Positions 1-12,140 of a DNA stretch of 64,000 nucleotides are shown in pieces. The notes under the pieces are model-generated. The model was not told where the DNA came from. It did not search any database and was given only the letters and a program-made list of their open reading frames with translations. Numbering within the stretch: position 1 is the stretch's first letter; every line of letters begins with the position of its first letter. The stretch comes from Pristiophorus japonicus (Eukaryota), in the NCBI RefSeq assembly GCF_044704955.1, contig NC_091999.1, positions 9,982,001 through 10,046,000 on the forward strand. The letters are read 5' to 3'. The translations under genes were made by a program, and so were the position numbers.

Positions 1-1044
1 GGCAGTGAATAGTGGGGTATCGCAAGGTTCTGTGCTGGGGCCCCAGCTGTTTACAATGTACATTAATGATTTAGACGAAGGGATTAAATTTAGTATCTCC
101 AAATTTGCGGATGACACTAAGTTGGGTGGCAGTGTGAGCTGCGAGGAGGATACTATGAGGCTGCAGAGTGACTTGGATAGGTTAGGTGAGTGGGCAAATG
201 CATGGCAGATGAAAAATATAATGTGGATAAATGTGAGGTTATCCACTTTGGTGGCAAAATCAGAGAGACAGACTATTATCTGAATGGTGACAGATTAGGA
301 AAAGGGGAGGTGCAACGAGACCTGGGTGTCATGGTACATCAGTCATTGAAGGTTGGCATGCAGGTACAGCAGGCGGTTAAGAAAGCAAATGGCATGTTGG
401 CCTTCATACCGAGGGGATTTGAGTACAGGGGCAGGGAGGTGTTGCTACAGTTGTACAGGGCCTTGATGAGGCCACATCTGGAGTATTGTGTACAGTTTTG
501 GTCTCCTAACTTGAGGAAGGACATTCTTGCTATTGAGGGAGTGCAGCGAAGGTTCACCGGATTGATTCCCGGGATGGCGGGACTGACCTATCAAGAAAGA
601 ATGGATCAACTGGGCTTATATTCACTGGAGTTCAGAAGAATGAGAGGGGATCTCATAGAAACGTTTGAAATTCTGATGGGTTCAGACAGGTTAGATGCAG
701 GAAGAATGTTCCCAATGTTGGGGAAGTCCAAAACCAGGGGTAACAGTCTAAGGATAAGGGGTAAGCTATTTAGGACTGAGATGAGAAGAAGCCTCTTCAC
801 CCAGAGAGTGGTGAACCTGTGGAATTCTTACCACAGAAAGTTGTATAGGCCAATTCACTAAATATATTCAAAAAGGAGTTAGATGAAGTCCTTACTACTA
901 GCGGGTTCAAGGTGTATGGCGAGAAAGCAGGAATGGGGTACTGAAGTTGCATGTTCAGCCATGAACTCATTGAATGGCGGAGCAGGCTAGAAGGGCCCAA
1001 TGGCCTACTCCTGCACCTATATTCTATGTTTCTATGTTTCTATG
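1..1044 (+). mobile_element. CR1-type LINE, 3' part (RT C-terminus and tail), frameshifted
   Basis: [17 protein letters not shown] and [13 protein letters not shown] motifs in ORFs 5-283 and 190-861; ends in (TTCTATGT)n tail at ~1022-1044. Confidence 0.95.
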
Positions 1045-2792
1045 ATTTCCCTTTCATAAATCCATACTGACTTGGACCGATCCTGCACTGCTTTCCAAAT
1101 GCGCTGCTATTTCATCTTTAATAATTGATGGCAACATTTTCCCCACTACTGATGTCAGGCTAACGTTCTATAATTCCCCGTTTTCTCTCTCGCTCCTTTC
1201 TTAAAAAGTGGTGTTACATTAGCTACCCTCCAGTCCATAGGAACTGATCCATAGTCGATATACTGCTGGAAAATCATCACCAATGCATCCACCATTTCTA
1301 GGGCCACTTCCTTAAGTACTCTGGAATGCAGACTATCAGGCCCTGGGAATTTATCGGTCTTCAATCCCATCAGTTACCCGAACACAATTTCCTGACTTAT
1401 AAGGATTTCCTTCTGTATCTCATTCTCACTAGACCCTCGGTCCCCTAGTATTTCTGGAAGGTTATTTTTGTCTTCTTTCATGAAGACAGAACCAAAGTAT
1501 TTTTTGAACTGGTCTGCCATTTCTTTGTTCCCCATTATAAATTCACCTGATTCTGACTGCAAGGGACCTACGTTTGTCTTCACTAATCTTTTTCGCTTCA
1601 CATATCTATCGAAGCGTTTGCAGTCAGTTTTTATATTCCCAGCAAGCTTCCTCTCAAACTCTATTTTCCCCCTCCGAATGAAACCATTCGTTCTCCTCTG
1701 CTGAATTCTAAATTTCTCCCAGTCCTCAGGTTTCCTGCTTTTTTTGGCCAATTTATATGCCTCTTCCTTGGATTTAACACTATCCCTAATTTCCCTCTAT
1801 GAGCCGAAGTTGAGCGACCTTCCCTGTTTTATTTTTACTCCAGACCGGGATGTACAATTGTTGAAGTTCATCCATGTGACCGTTAAATGTTTTCCATTGC
1901 CTATCCACCGTCACCACTTTCAGTATCGTTCACCAGTTTATTCTAGCCAATTCACGTCTCATAGCATCGAAGTTACCTTTCCCTAATTCAAGGCCCTACT
2001 CTCTGAATTAACTCTGGAGCTCTCCATCTTAATAAAGAATTCTACCATATTATGGCCACTCTTCCCCAATGGGCCTCACACAACAAGATTGCTAATTAGT
2101 CCTTTCTCATTACACATCACCCAGTTTAGGATGGCCAGCCCTCTAGTTGGTTCCTCGCCATTTGGTCTGGAAAACCATGCCTAATACACTCCAGGAAATC
2201 CTCCTCCACCGTATTGCTACCAGTTCGGTTAGCCCAATGTATATATATATTAAAGTCGCCTGTGATAACTGCTGTGCCCTTATTGCATGCATCCCTAATT
2301 TCTTGTTGGTTGCTGTCCCCAGCCTTACTACTACTGTTTGGTAGTCTGTACACAACTCCCACTAGCGTTTTCTGCACTTTGGGATCCCGCAGCTCTAACC
2401 ATACAGATTCCACATCATCCAAGCTAATGCCCTTCCTTACTATTGCGTTAATTTCCTCGTTAACGAGCAACGTTACCCCACCTCCTTTTCCTTTCTATCT
2501 ATCCGTTCTGATTGTTGAATATCCCTGGATGTTGAGTTCCCAGCCTTGGTCATCCTGGAGCCTTGGTTGCCCTGCCCAGTTAATTATTCCACCTTATCAC
2601 GATTACGCCTCACATTGAGACACAGAGCCTTCAGGCTTGCCTTTTTAACACACTTTGCACTTTTAAAAATTTGCTGTAATGTGGCCCTTTTTGATTTTTG
2701 CCTAGGGTTTATTTGCCCTCAACTTTTACTTTTCTTGTTTTTATCTTTTGCTTCTGCCCCCATTCTATTTCGCTCTGTCTCCCTGCATAGGT
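1045..2792 (-). mobile_element. CR1-type LINE fragment (endonuclease to RT N-terminus)
   Basis: Minus ORFs with VGVVYRLPN/ITGDFN (AP endonuclease) and PGPDSLH...DWRVANVTPLFKKG (RT N-terminus). Confidence 0.92.
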
Positions 2793-3004
2793 TCCCTCAA
2801 AAGCACTGCTGGGTTGTTTCTTGAATTCTCTCTCATTGCTAATTAAACATCTGAAGAGTATAGACGATTAAATAATTAATTACAGATAGATGTTAGGTCA
2901 TAACTTACCAGATGGAACTTAAACTAAAGTTTAATGCAAACAGTAGGGGGCAGTGCGCAAAACAGTCAATTACAGGGAGATTGTATTCTTTACGTCTGTT
3001 CCCT

Positions 3005-3095
3005 TGTCCTGGGCTCACTGACCAACATTGGCTCCCGGTTAAGCAACGCCTCGATTTCAAAATTCTCATCCTTGTTTTCAACTCCATTTGTATCC
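3005..3095 (+). mobile_element. Short L2-like LINE ORF2 C-terminal fragment
   Basis: Translates HWLPVKQRLDFKILILVF, matching the L2-clade LHWLPV..RIDFKILLL motif. Confidence 0.6.
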
Positions 3096-3099
3096 TCAC

Positions 3100-3311
3100 T
3101 GTTACATATGTGGAATTGTATTTACTCTGTAGAGCCAGCAGAGGGCTCATTCCATGGAGTCGCAAGGGATCCCATAATCCAGCGGGAGCGCAGGTATTTA
3201 AGAAGGCCTCACAGGTTGGAGAGGCACTCTGGAGACCTGCAATAAAAGATTAAGGTCACACGTTACTTTGTGCTCACAGTATTTAATCGGACTCTTTCTT
3301 CATACACAACA
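3100..3311 (+). mobile_element. 5' LTR of Gypsy-type retrotransposon
   Basis: TGT...ACA termini, TATTTAA and AATAAA inside, followed directly by PBS-like CCGGCGACGAG and gag. Confidence 0.75.
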
Positions 3312-4645
3312 AACCGGCGACGAGATACAGATAGCAAACCCAAAGATGCAGAGAATGGTGGGCATCCTGGAGAAATTTTCGGAGGAAGATGATTGGGAAC
3401 CTTTTGTGGAGTGACTCGACCAATATTTTGTCACCAACGAGCTAGATGGGGAAGAGAGCGCTGCCAAACTAAGGACAATCCTCCTCGCCATCTGTGGGGC
3501 ACCAACTTATGACCTAATGCAGAATCTGCTCTCTCCAGCGAAACCCACGGAGAAGTCGTACGATTATATGTGCACACTGGTCCAAGAGCATTTGAAGCCG
3601 AAAGAAAGCGTTCTGATGGTGCGGTACCGGTTCTACACCAACAAAAGATCTGAAGGCGAGGAAGTGGCGAGTTATGTCGCCGAGCTAAGACATCTTGCAG
3701 GATATTGCGAATTTGAAGGACATTTGGAGCACATGCTCAGAGACTTTTCCGTACTTGGCATTGGCCACGAAACCATACTTCTCAAATTTTTGACTGTAGA
3801 GACCCCAACTTTGAGTCAGACCATAGTGATAGCCCAGGCGCTCATTGCCACCAGTGATAATATTAAGCAAATCTCTCAGTGCACAGATGCTGCTACAAAT
3901 ACTGTGAACAAAGTGGTGTTGTTTTCGAATCGTAACGTACAGGGCAGGTCACACATACCTGCAGCTACACGTCCGCAGATGTCTCAGAGTCCACTACCAA
4001 GGATGATGACTGCAAGGCCATTAACACCTTGTTGGCGCTGCAGGGGTGATCATCATTTTCATTCATGCCGATTCAAAGGATACGTTTGCAAGGGCTGTGG
4101 AGCAATGGGACACCTCCAATGAGTGTGTAGGCAAGCTGCCAAGCCTGCAAACCACCATGTTGCAGAGGAGGATCACGATGAAACAAAGCCTTGGATAGAG
4201 GAGGCAGAGGTACATGGGGTACACACATTCATCACGAATTGTCCCCCAATAATGCTGAATGATGAACTAAATTCACTCCCGGTGTCAATGGAGCTGGACA
4301 CGGGTGCAAGCAAGACCATCATGGGCAAAAATACTTTCAAAGGTTGTGGTGCAACAAGGCCTCAATGCGAGTCTCAACTCCAATTCGCATGAAACTAATA
4401 GCTTACACAAAAGAACAGATATCTGTAATCGGCAGTGCTGCCATAAAGGTCTCCTATGATGGAGCGGTGCATAAGCAACCACTCTGAGTGGTACCGGGCA
4501 ATGGTCTCACGCTGCTCGGCAGCAGCTGGCTGGGAATGATACACTGGAACGGGGATGACGTCCGAGCGCTTTTGCCCAGGTCTTAAAAACATTTCCTTCA
4601 CTGTTCGAACCAGACATCGGGACATTCCAAGTAGCAAAAGTGAAG
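3312..4645 (+). mobile_element. Gypsy/Ty3 internal region (gag, protease), decayed and 3'-truncated by a LINE
   Basis: Gag-like ORF 3517-4122 with zinc knuckles CWRCRGDHHFHSC and CKGCGAMGHL, then aspartic protease motif LDTGA; stops and frameshifts. Confidence 0.85.
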
Positions 4646-4649
4646 ATCC

Positions 4650-6987
4650 ACCTAATGAGAAGGGACTAATTAGCAATCTTGTTGTGCGAGGCTCCTTGGG
4701 GAAGAGTGACCATAATATGGTAGAATTATTTCTTAAGATGGAGAGTGACGCAGTTAAATCAGAAACTAGGGTCCTGAACTTCAGAAAAGCTAACTTTGAT
4801 GGCATGAGGTGTGGATTGGCTAGAAGAGACTGGCGAGTGATACTTAAAGGGTTGACGGTGGATAGGCAATGGCAAATATTTATAGATCACATGGATGAAC
4901 ATCAACAATTGTATATCCCTGTCTGGATTAAAAATAAAACAGGGAAGGTGGCTCAACCGTGTCTAACAAAGGAAATTAAGAATCGTGTTAGATCCAAGGA
5001 AGAGGCATATACATTGGCCAGAAAAAGCAGCAAACCAGAGGACCGGAGAAATTAGTATTCAGCAGAGGAGGACAAAAGGATTAATTAGGAGGGGGAAAAT
5101 ACAGTATGAAAGGAAGCTTGCCGGGAACATAAAAACTGACTGCAATATCTTCGACAGATCTGTGAAGAGAAAAGAGTAGTGAAGACAAATGTAGGTCCCT
5201 GGTAGCTGGACTCGGGTGAATTTATAATGGGGAACAAAGAAATGGCAGACCAATTGAACTAATACTTTCATTCTGTGTTCACGAAGGAAGACACAAATAA
5301 CCTTCCGAGATACTAGGGTGCCGAGGGTCTAGAGAGAAGGAGGAATTGAACGATATCCTAATTATGCAGGAAATTGTGTTGGGGAAATTGAGGGGATTGA
5401 AGACCGATAACTCCCCGGGGCCTGATTTCCTGCATCCCAGAGTACTTCAGGAAGTGGCTCCAGAAATAGTGGATGCATTGGTGATCATTTTGCAACAGTC
5501 TATCGAATCTGGATCAGTTCCTATGGACTGGAGGGTAGCTAATGTAACACCACTTTTTAAAAAAGGAGGGAGAGAGAAAACGGATAATTATAGACCGGTT
5601 AGCCTGACATCAGTAGTGGGGAAAATGCTGGATTAAATTATTAAGGATGAAATAGCAGCGCATTTAGAAAGCAGTGACAGGACCGGTCCAAGTCAGCATG
5701 GATTTATGAAAGGGAAATCAAGCTTGACAAATCTTCTGGAATTTTTTGAAGATGTAACTAGTAGAGTGGACAAGGGAGAACCAGTGGAAGTGGTGTATTT
5801 GGACTTTCAAAAGGCCTTTGACAAGATCCCACATAAGAGATTGGTGTGCAATAACAAAGCCCATGGTATTGGGGGCAATGTACTAGCGTGGATAGAGAAT
5901 TGGTTGGCAGTCACGAAGCAGAGAGTCGGCATAAACGGATCCTTTTCGGAATGGGAGGCAGTGACTAGTGGAGTGCTGTCGGGCTCAGTGCTGGGACCCC
6001 AGCTCTTTACAATAGACATCAATGATTTGCATGAAGGAATTCAGTGTAATATCTCCAAAATTGCAGATGACACTAAAGTGGGTGGCAGTGTGAGCTGTGA
6101 GAAGGATGCTAAGAGACAGCAGGGTGACTTGGACAGATTACGAGAATGAGGAAATGCCTGGCAGATGCAGTATAATGTGGATAAATGTGAGGTTATCCAC
6201 TTTGGTGGCAAAAAACGCGAAGGCAGAATATTATCTGAATGGTGGCAGATTAGGAAAAGGGGAGTTGCAACGAGACCTGGGTGCCATGGTTCATCTGTCA
6301 TTGAAAGTTGACATGCAGGTACAGCAGGCGGTGAAGACGGCAAATGCTATGTTGGCCTTCATAGCTAGGGGATTTGAGTTTAGGAGCAGGGAGGTCTTAC
6401 TGCAATTGTACAGGGCCTTGGTGAGGCCTCACCTGGAATATTGTTTTAAGTTTTGTTCTCCTAATCTGAGGAAGGACATTCTTGCTATTGACGGAGTGCA
6501 GCGAAGGTTCACCAGACTGATTCCCGGGATGGCAGGACTGACATATGAGAAGAGACTGGATCAACTAGGCCTTTATACACTGGAGTTTAGAAGGATGAGA
6601 GGTGATCTCATAGAAATGTACAAGATTCTGACGGGACGGGACAGGTTAGATGCGGCAAGAATGTTCCCGATGTTGGGGAAGTCCAGAACCAGGAGGATAA
6701 GGGGTAGGCCGTTTAGCACTGAGATCAGGAGAAACTCCTTCACTCAGATAGTTGTTAACCTGTGGAATTCCCTGCCGCAGAGAGTTGTTGATGCCAGTTC
6801 ATTGGATGTATTCAAGAGGGAGTTAGATGTGGCGCTTATGGCTAAAGGGATCAAGAAGTATGGAGAGAAAGCGGAAAAGGGTACTGAGGTGAAGGAGTAG
6901 CCATGATCTTATTGAACAGTGATGCAGGCTCGAAGGGCCGAATGGCCTACTCCTGCACCTATTTTCTATGTTTCCATCTTTCTATGT
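4650..6987 (+). mobile_element. CR1-type LINE, 5'-truncated, decayed
   Basis: SDHNMV (endonuclease end), [29 protein letters not shown]; TTCTATGT-type tail at ~6964-6987. Confidence 0.95.
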
Positions 6988-7306
6988 CTCACTAGTTTTC
7001 ACACCGAGATGATCAACCAAGAGTCACTATCACAGAGGGATGGGGTTCACTTCAATCTCTCCACAAGGAGAGAAACTTCCTGGCTATGAGATCAATGGCA
7101 TGTGCGGATGTGAAACGCAGTTGAACAAAGTCCATTTGCAGCCAATCGAAGATCAGAAAAACCACGTGACTGAGACTTTAACTGGGCGCCGCTGTCTTTA
7201 CTCACTGCCTGTTCAATGTTTTCACTAGGTTCGGGGTCTTCTGATGCGAGTTTTGTGCCGCTTTCCTCTTGACATTGTAATCACAAGGATATATTACTCG
7301 GTGCAA

Positions 7307-7761
7307 ATGAACGTATTCCCCGTTATTCTGCTGCTGCTAACATGTCGATACAGGAGCTGAGCTCAATAACTGCAGGGTTTTTTATTCGCATTGCTCCAGT
7401 GCCAGTGTTTAATTATCTGAATGTTTTTACTGGTCGATGTCTCTCGGACCGAGTCTTGCAATCTCCGGCTGCGATAACAGTTTGGAGCGGAGATTTGGTG
7501 CAGATAACCTGCAGCTATGACACTTCCATCATTTACTCCATGCACTGGTAGCAACAGAAATCTAGTTAGAGATTCGAGTGGGTAATAATGCGAGCATCAG
7601 ATGGCAAAGGGAGCAGGGCCCGATTTTAAGTAGATCGTTCTGCTGCGGACAAATGCGAGCAATTAGTCATTGAGAACTCGGAGAGCGCGGATACCGCTGC
7701 GTATTACTGTGCTTTAGGGTCACATACTGAGAGGAAACGCGGTAGTCACTGTACAAAAACC
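7307..7761 (+). pseudogene. TCR alpha/delta V pseudogene, family A
   Basis: Leader MNVFPVILLLLT; V exon DRVLQSP...ITCSY...MHW*...DTAAYYC with several stops; acceptor reads CTG; RSS CATACTG(7723-7729)-23-ACAAAAACC(7753-7761). Confidence 0.9.
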
Positions 7762-7785
7762 TCCATCCTGTTTACAGTTCCGTAA

Positions 7786-7925
7786 CAGCTGCAGCAATCT
7801 CTTCAATAACATGGCGCAGGTAAAGCGGGTCAGAGCGAGAGCAGCAAACGGAAGCTGAGGGCGGGGCTGCCGCAGGCGGTGTTGCCACAAGGCTTGTCTC
7901 TTTAATTTCCAGCTGATAGCAGGTT
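7786..7925 (-). promoter_or_regulatory. Orphan copy of family-D upstream module (ETS-like CGGAAG + GC box)
   Basis: Colinear similarity to 14222-14362, which lies upstream of the minus-strand V with ATG at 14117. Confidence 0.6.
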
Positions 7926-8384
7926 TGATCAGAGATACTGACAGTCACAGCATAAAGCATTGCCGTGTGGAGCTAGTCATTCAGTGAGTGCAGTCTTTGG
8001 TGAAGGAAAGCTTTAGCATTGTTTAATTGTGCGATTTTATTCACCAGGCCCGAGTCAATACGTTACTGTGTTGGTTTATTTTATGCTGATATGTGACGAC
8101 TCATCGAGAGCATTAGGTTCATTGTCCTGTGAAATTCTTGTTTACACTTAAATATCCTCCTGCATTTCCCAACTCCAGTGATTCCTTTCTGTGTGTAGTT
8201 GCATTGACACAAATTGGTCCCCTTGCTAAGTGACAGAAACCGAGGCCCATACAGGTAATTTTGCATCTGCCTGTTAGTCATCAACCAGGTTCCCTCAATA
8301 ATATCATTTCACTCATCGATCAACTTATATATATATATATATAATAATAAATGTAATTATGTGCTAGAGTGAATAGAACAAGGT

Positions 8385-8825
8385 AGAATCTGCAAGGATT
8401 AGGTGTCAGCTGTTGAGGGTTCACATATCAGTCCAGAGATTTGGCCACATAATCTAGGCTGATACTTCAGTGCAGTAGTCAGGTTTTGCTGAATTATTGG
8501 AGATGGGGTCATTTGCATGAGATGTTGAGCCCGTCTGCTCTCTCAGGTGTTTGTAAAATACCCCAATATTTCGAAAAAGAGCAGAGCAGAACTCCACGGT
8601 GTCCTTGCCAATATTGATCCCTCAATCAATTTCACTAATATCAGGTTATCATAAAAATATTGCACGTTGTGTGATCTTGCTCTGCATAGATTGGCTGCCG
8701 TGTTTCCTACATTACAACAGTGGCGACATTTCTAATACGTAGTGTTACCATTGTAAAAGGCTTTATGACGACCTGAGGTCGGGAAAGACGCTATATAAAT
8801 ACAATGTCTTCTTGCTTTCTTTCTT
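8385..8825 (+). mobile_element. Deu-domain SINE (SacSINE1/AmnSINE1-like), decayed
   Basis: Recognisable blocks ATAATCTAGGCTGATACTTCAGTGCAGTA, GGTGTCCTTGCCAATATT, TTGGCTGCCGTGTTTCCTACATTACAACAGTG and 3' CGCTATATAAAT; family name from memory. Confidence 0.7.
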
Positions 8826-8986
8826 CCCCTTTAATTTATTTGCCCGGAAGATATATTTTTATGCATAAAGGTAAATACATATGATAATTAACAGTATAAT
8901 GTCAGACCATTAATACAGGGACAGCTCAGACTTTCCCTGATCACAATGTTCCCCTGACGCGCTGATATGTTGAGCGACGCTCTTAC

Positions 8987-9025
8987 AGTTTATGTACAGG
9001 TCCAGCCCAGCTCCGTGTCTCTGTG
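8987..9025 (-). other. 23-RSS
   Basis: CACAGAG-23 bp-ACATAAACT on minus strand directly after the V coding end. Confidence 0.9.
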
Positions 9026-9329
9026 GGTCTCAGTGCGCAGTAATACACCGCGGAGTCTGTCAGTTGTGTCTCAGACACAATCAGCGGGACTGCTCGACTC
9101 AAATCATTGAGCTTCGCTGAAAAACGGTCCCCTGGAAATCTCTCCTTTTGCTCGCTGTATTTGCTTCTCTGCAGCAGATATTCTATGGATCCGCCGGGAA
9201 ACTGCCGATACCAGAATAGGTTAGGCCCGGTGTTTGTAGCTGTATAATTACAGTGCAACTGAACATCGTCTCCTTCACTTACTGTGGTTGCATCCGGTGT
9301 CTGTGAAACGGAGTCCCCTCGACAATGTC
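9026..9329 (-). CDS. TCR alpha/delta V exon, family B (open frame)
   Basis: TAG acceptor then HCRGDSVSQTP...LHCNY...LFWYRQ...DSAVYYCALRP; canonical Cys/Trp/Cys present. Confidence 0.93.
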
Positions 9330-9417
9330 CTACAAGAGGCCAGAGTGATATTAAATTAAACAGTGTCACTTTACTGTGTCTGTCACCCAGAATCAACCCG
9401 TCTCCCCCAACACTTAT

Positions 9418-9454
9418 CTTTGAAGTAACCCTGGGCAGTTAAACAGTAATACAT
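9418..9454 (-). pseudogene. Probable native leader exon of the family-B V with dead splice donor
   Basis: ATG + 37 nt (MYYCLTAQGYFK, phase 1) followed by ATAAGT instead of GTAAGT, 88 nt upstream of the V exon; only weakly hydrophobic. Confidence 0.5.
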
Positions 9455-9850
9455 TTCCCCACAACTGCAACGGGAAGGTGCGGGGAACGACTGAATAAAA
9501 CTTCCTTTAATGAACCTTCAGCGGGATCAGTTCCTCACCTTCACCTCTTGTGATGTGAAGGTAAAACTCCAAACGGCCTGTGGCTTTAAGACCTGTCTCT
9601 GTCAAAGTCCGTCATTGGTACCGGCGGGCCTGGCGATTCAGTCTGTCATTCATTTGAACTCAACCGCTTTCATTCACTGGGAGATTTTAGCAAGTTTCCC
9701 CAAGCAGTGTTCAGTGTTGAGTCAAGGTGCATCCTGATGGTCTTCACTTCAGATCAATCTGTTGATATTGTTGTTTTCAGGGTAGTGACCGATTAATTAT
9801 AATGTATGATGCATATGTGCAACACAGTGTTGTACAACTTGTGAACTTAC

Positions 9851-9902
9851 CAGTTAAAAGAGCTGCAACTGTGATGCACAAATAAAAAGTAACATCCAAC
9901 AT
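9851..9902 (-). CDS. Intact leader exon of family F with no family-F V exon downstream
   Basis: MLDVTFYLCITVAALLT-G|GTAAGT; homologous to leader MLGVTLYSAVTAAALIT-G at 42352-42403. Confidence 0.85.
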
Positions 9903-10029
9903 GTTTGATGGCGGATTTCAACAGAACGGGTTGAACCTGAAAATGTTTCTCGTCACGATTGGGAAGCTGCGGATTAAAAACCGGCCTCTTTGCTGATTGG
10001 ATAGTTCTTGACAGAAACAGCAGGTGATA

Positions 10030-10250
10030 TACAATCAACTCACATGTCCTGTGTTCTCAAATTCATCCAATCAGTTAACACTTCCCTTGTTTGCCATTTC
10101 AGCCAATCAGACTTCAGTGCCTTTTAACCCAATTCGTCCAATCACATTATAGCCCTTTGTTCTCCAAGTCAACCAATCTTCTCACTGTGCGTTGTCCTCC
10201 AATGCATCCAATCAGCTCACAGATCGTTTGTTCTGCAATTCACGCCATCA
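10030..10250. promoter_or_regulatory. ~35-bp tandem array of CCAAT boxes upstream of family-F leader
   Basis: CCAAT at 10067, 10103, 10138, 10173, 10208 (spacing 36,35,35,35). Confidence 0.7.
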
Positions 10251-10662
10251 GAGCGGGCAGCAAGAAAAGGACTGAAACGATTTTCGCAACAGAGAACTAT
10301 CTGGGGATTAAACCCACCGTTGGACCTTTAACAGGGGATTAAACACAATGCTGGCCCTTTAACAGCGGATTAAACCCAATATTAATCCTTTAACAGGGTC
10401 AGTATATGCGGTGGAGGCAGTGAAGGGCTATAGTTAACGTTGTTCCTTTATCAGTGCCAGAGACTCCCTTTAAAAGAGCTGCTCTCTGACTATTAGAAAC
10501 AGCTGATATAAACGTGATATTGCATAGAATTTCACAGAGCGTACAGCAGAGAAATTGGTAATTAGGCCAAATTAGTCTTTATATTTTGGTTTATGTTCCA
10601 TTATCATTTCACAATCCAGGTCACAGTTCTGATTCAGTGAGAGGAGATGAGAGTCTTTTGCT

Positions 10663-10701
10663 GGTTTTTGTATGGTCTGACTGCGCCCCTGTAACAGTGT
10701 T
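10663..10701 (-). other. 23-RSS with mutated heptamer
   Basis: AACACTG-23-ACAAAAACC; first C of the CAC lost. Confidence 0.85.
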
Positions 10702-11139
10702 GGGCGCAGCGCACAGTAATAGACGGCAGAGTCAGGGACAAGAGCTCCGGAGACATTTAAAGGAACCGATTTCTTGTCTAGGTCCAAATCAGCAGAGATC
10801 CGGTCTGGGAGACCTGGAGACTGATTCCCTTTCCTCTTGCTGTATCTTTTCAGTAAATATCTCGGAGCTTCTCCGGGATACTGGATATACCAGAAGAGGT
10901 AGGGAAAGTTATCGGAAGTGGAGTAACTGCAGTTCAGTATTAAGGTCTGTCCCTCCTGAACTGTTAATTCTGATGGATCCTGGGACACTGAATCTTCGCC
11001 ATTCGTTCCTGTTACAAAATACAGAACGCGCAAAAGTCTGAGAGTGAATTTGAAAACATGAAACACACACTGACCATTTAAACATAGACTCACCGGGCAG
11101 CACGACCATTATTATCAATAAGGAGTATAGGGAATACAT
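10702..11139 (-). CDS. TCR alpha/delta V segment, family C (leader 11094-11139, V exon 10702-11008); open frame, defective heptamer
   Basis: MYSLYSLLIIMVVLP-G|GTGAGT...CAG|TNGEDSVSQDP...LNCSY...LFWYIQ...DSAVYYCALRP. Confidence 0.93.
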
Positions 11140-11719
11140 AGTGTCTCGATTAGAATCTGACAGAAAATAACAGAATGTTCCAAATATGTGCGATATGAAA
11201 GGTTAAAGCTAAATCAGGGGCAAGCTTCACTTATTGGGAAACTCAGGGGCATTTCCCAGGGACAGAATTGGCTGGCCTCTCAGAACTATCTTTAGCTTTG
11301 CACCAATGAGTGTCAGTTGTGCCCAATTTCTGCAGGATCTCTCCAAACTCTTTCCTTGACTGATTGCGTGTATCTTTGTCTCTCTTTATAGATTTAACTC
11401 GGTACCTCTACCTGTGTCATGTGATCTATCTCTCTCTCTCTTTCGCACTCTCTCAGTCTACTTCCCTCTGTCTATTCCTCACGTTCTTTCTCTACCTCTC
11501 TCTCATTAAGGTGAAATAAGGTGTAGAAATTCCTGCAGTCAATGCATCCCATTAATTGTTGCAGTCTTAAGAAGATAGGTTACACATACACCAACATTAT
11601 AACAAAAATACACACATTGTTTGATATCTTTCGAGGTTATTGACGTATATTTAGTTGTACTTTGCTTGAGATGCAAAGCTCTTCAATAAGTGCAGAGAGC
11701 GCACCCTTGTGTCCAATGC

Positions 11720-12140
11720 AAGCCTCACACAGTGCATGAGAAACAAGCACATGACCACGGACCCCAGCACACAGACACCACAGACATTCATACACACTCA
11801 AACNNNNNNNNNNNNNNNNNNNNNNNNNNNNNNNNNNNNNNNNNNNNNNNNNNNNNNNNNNNNNNNNNNNNNNNNNNNNNNNNNNNNNNNNNNNNNNNNN
11901 NNNNNNNNNNNNNNNNNNNNNNNNNNNNNNNNNNNNNNNNNNNNNNNNNNNNNNNNNNNNNNAACACAAACGCATACTCTCTCTCATTCATATTCAAGCA
12001 TACGCTCACACACTCACACAGACTGATACATACACTCACACACACAGCCACACTCGTACACATGCACCCAAACACACAAACACAGAGAGACACACACTCG
12101 AACACAGACACGCATATCAGAATAAACATAGACGGGTACA
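11720..12140. repeat. CA-rich low-complexity repeat spanning assembly gap (N 11804-11962)
   Basis: Degenerate (CA)n on both sides of the N run. Confidence 0.9.
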
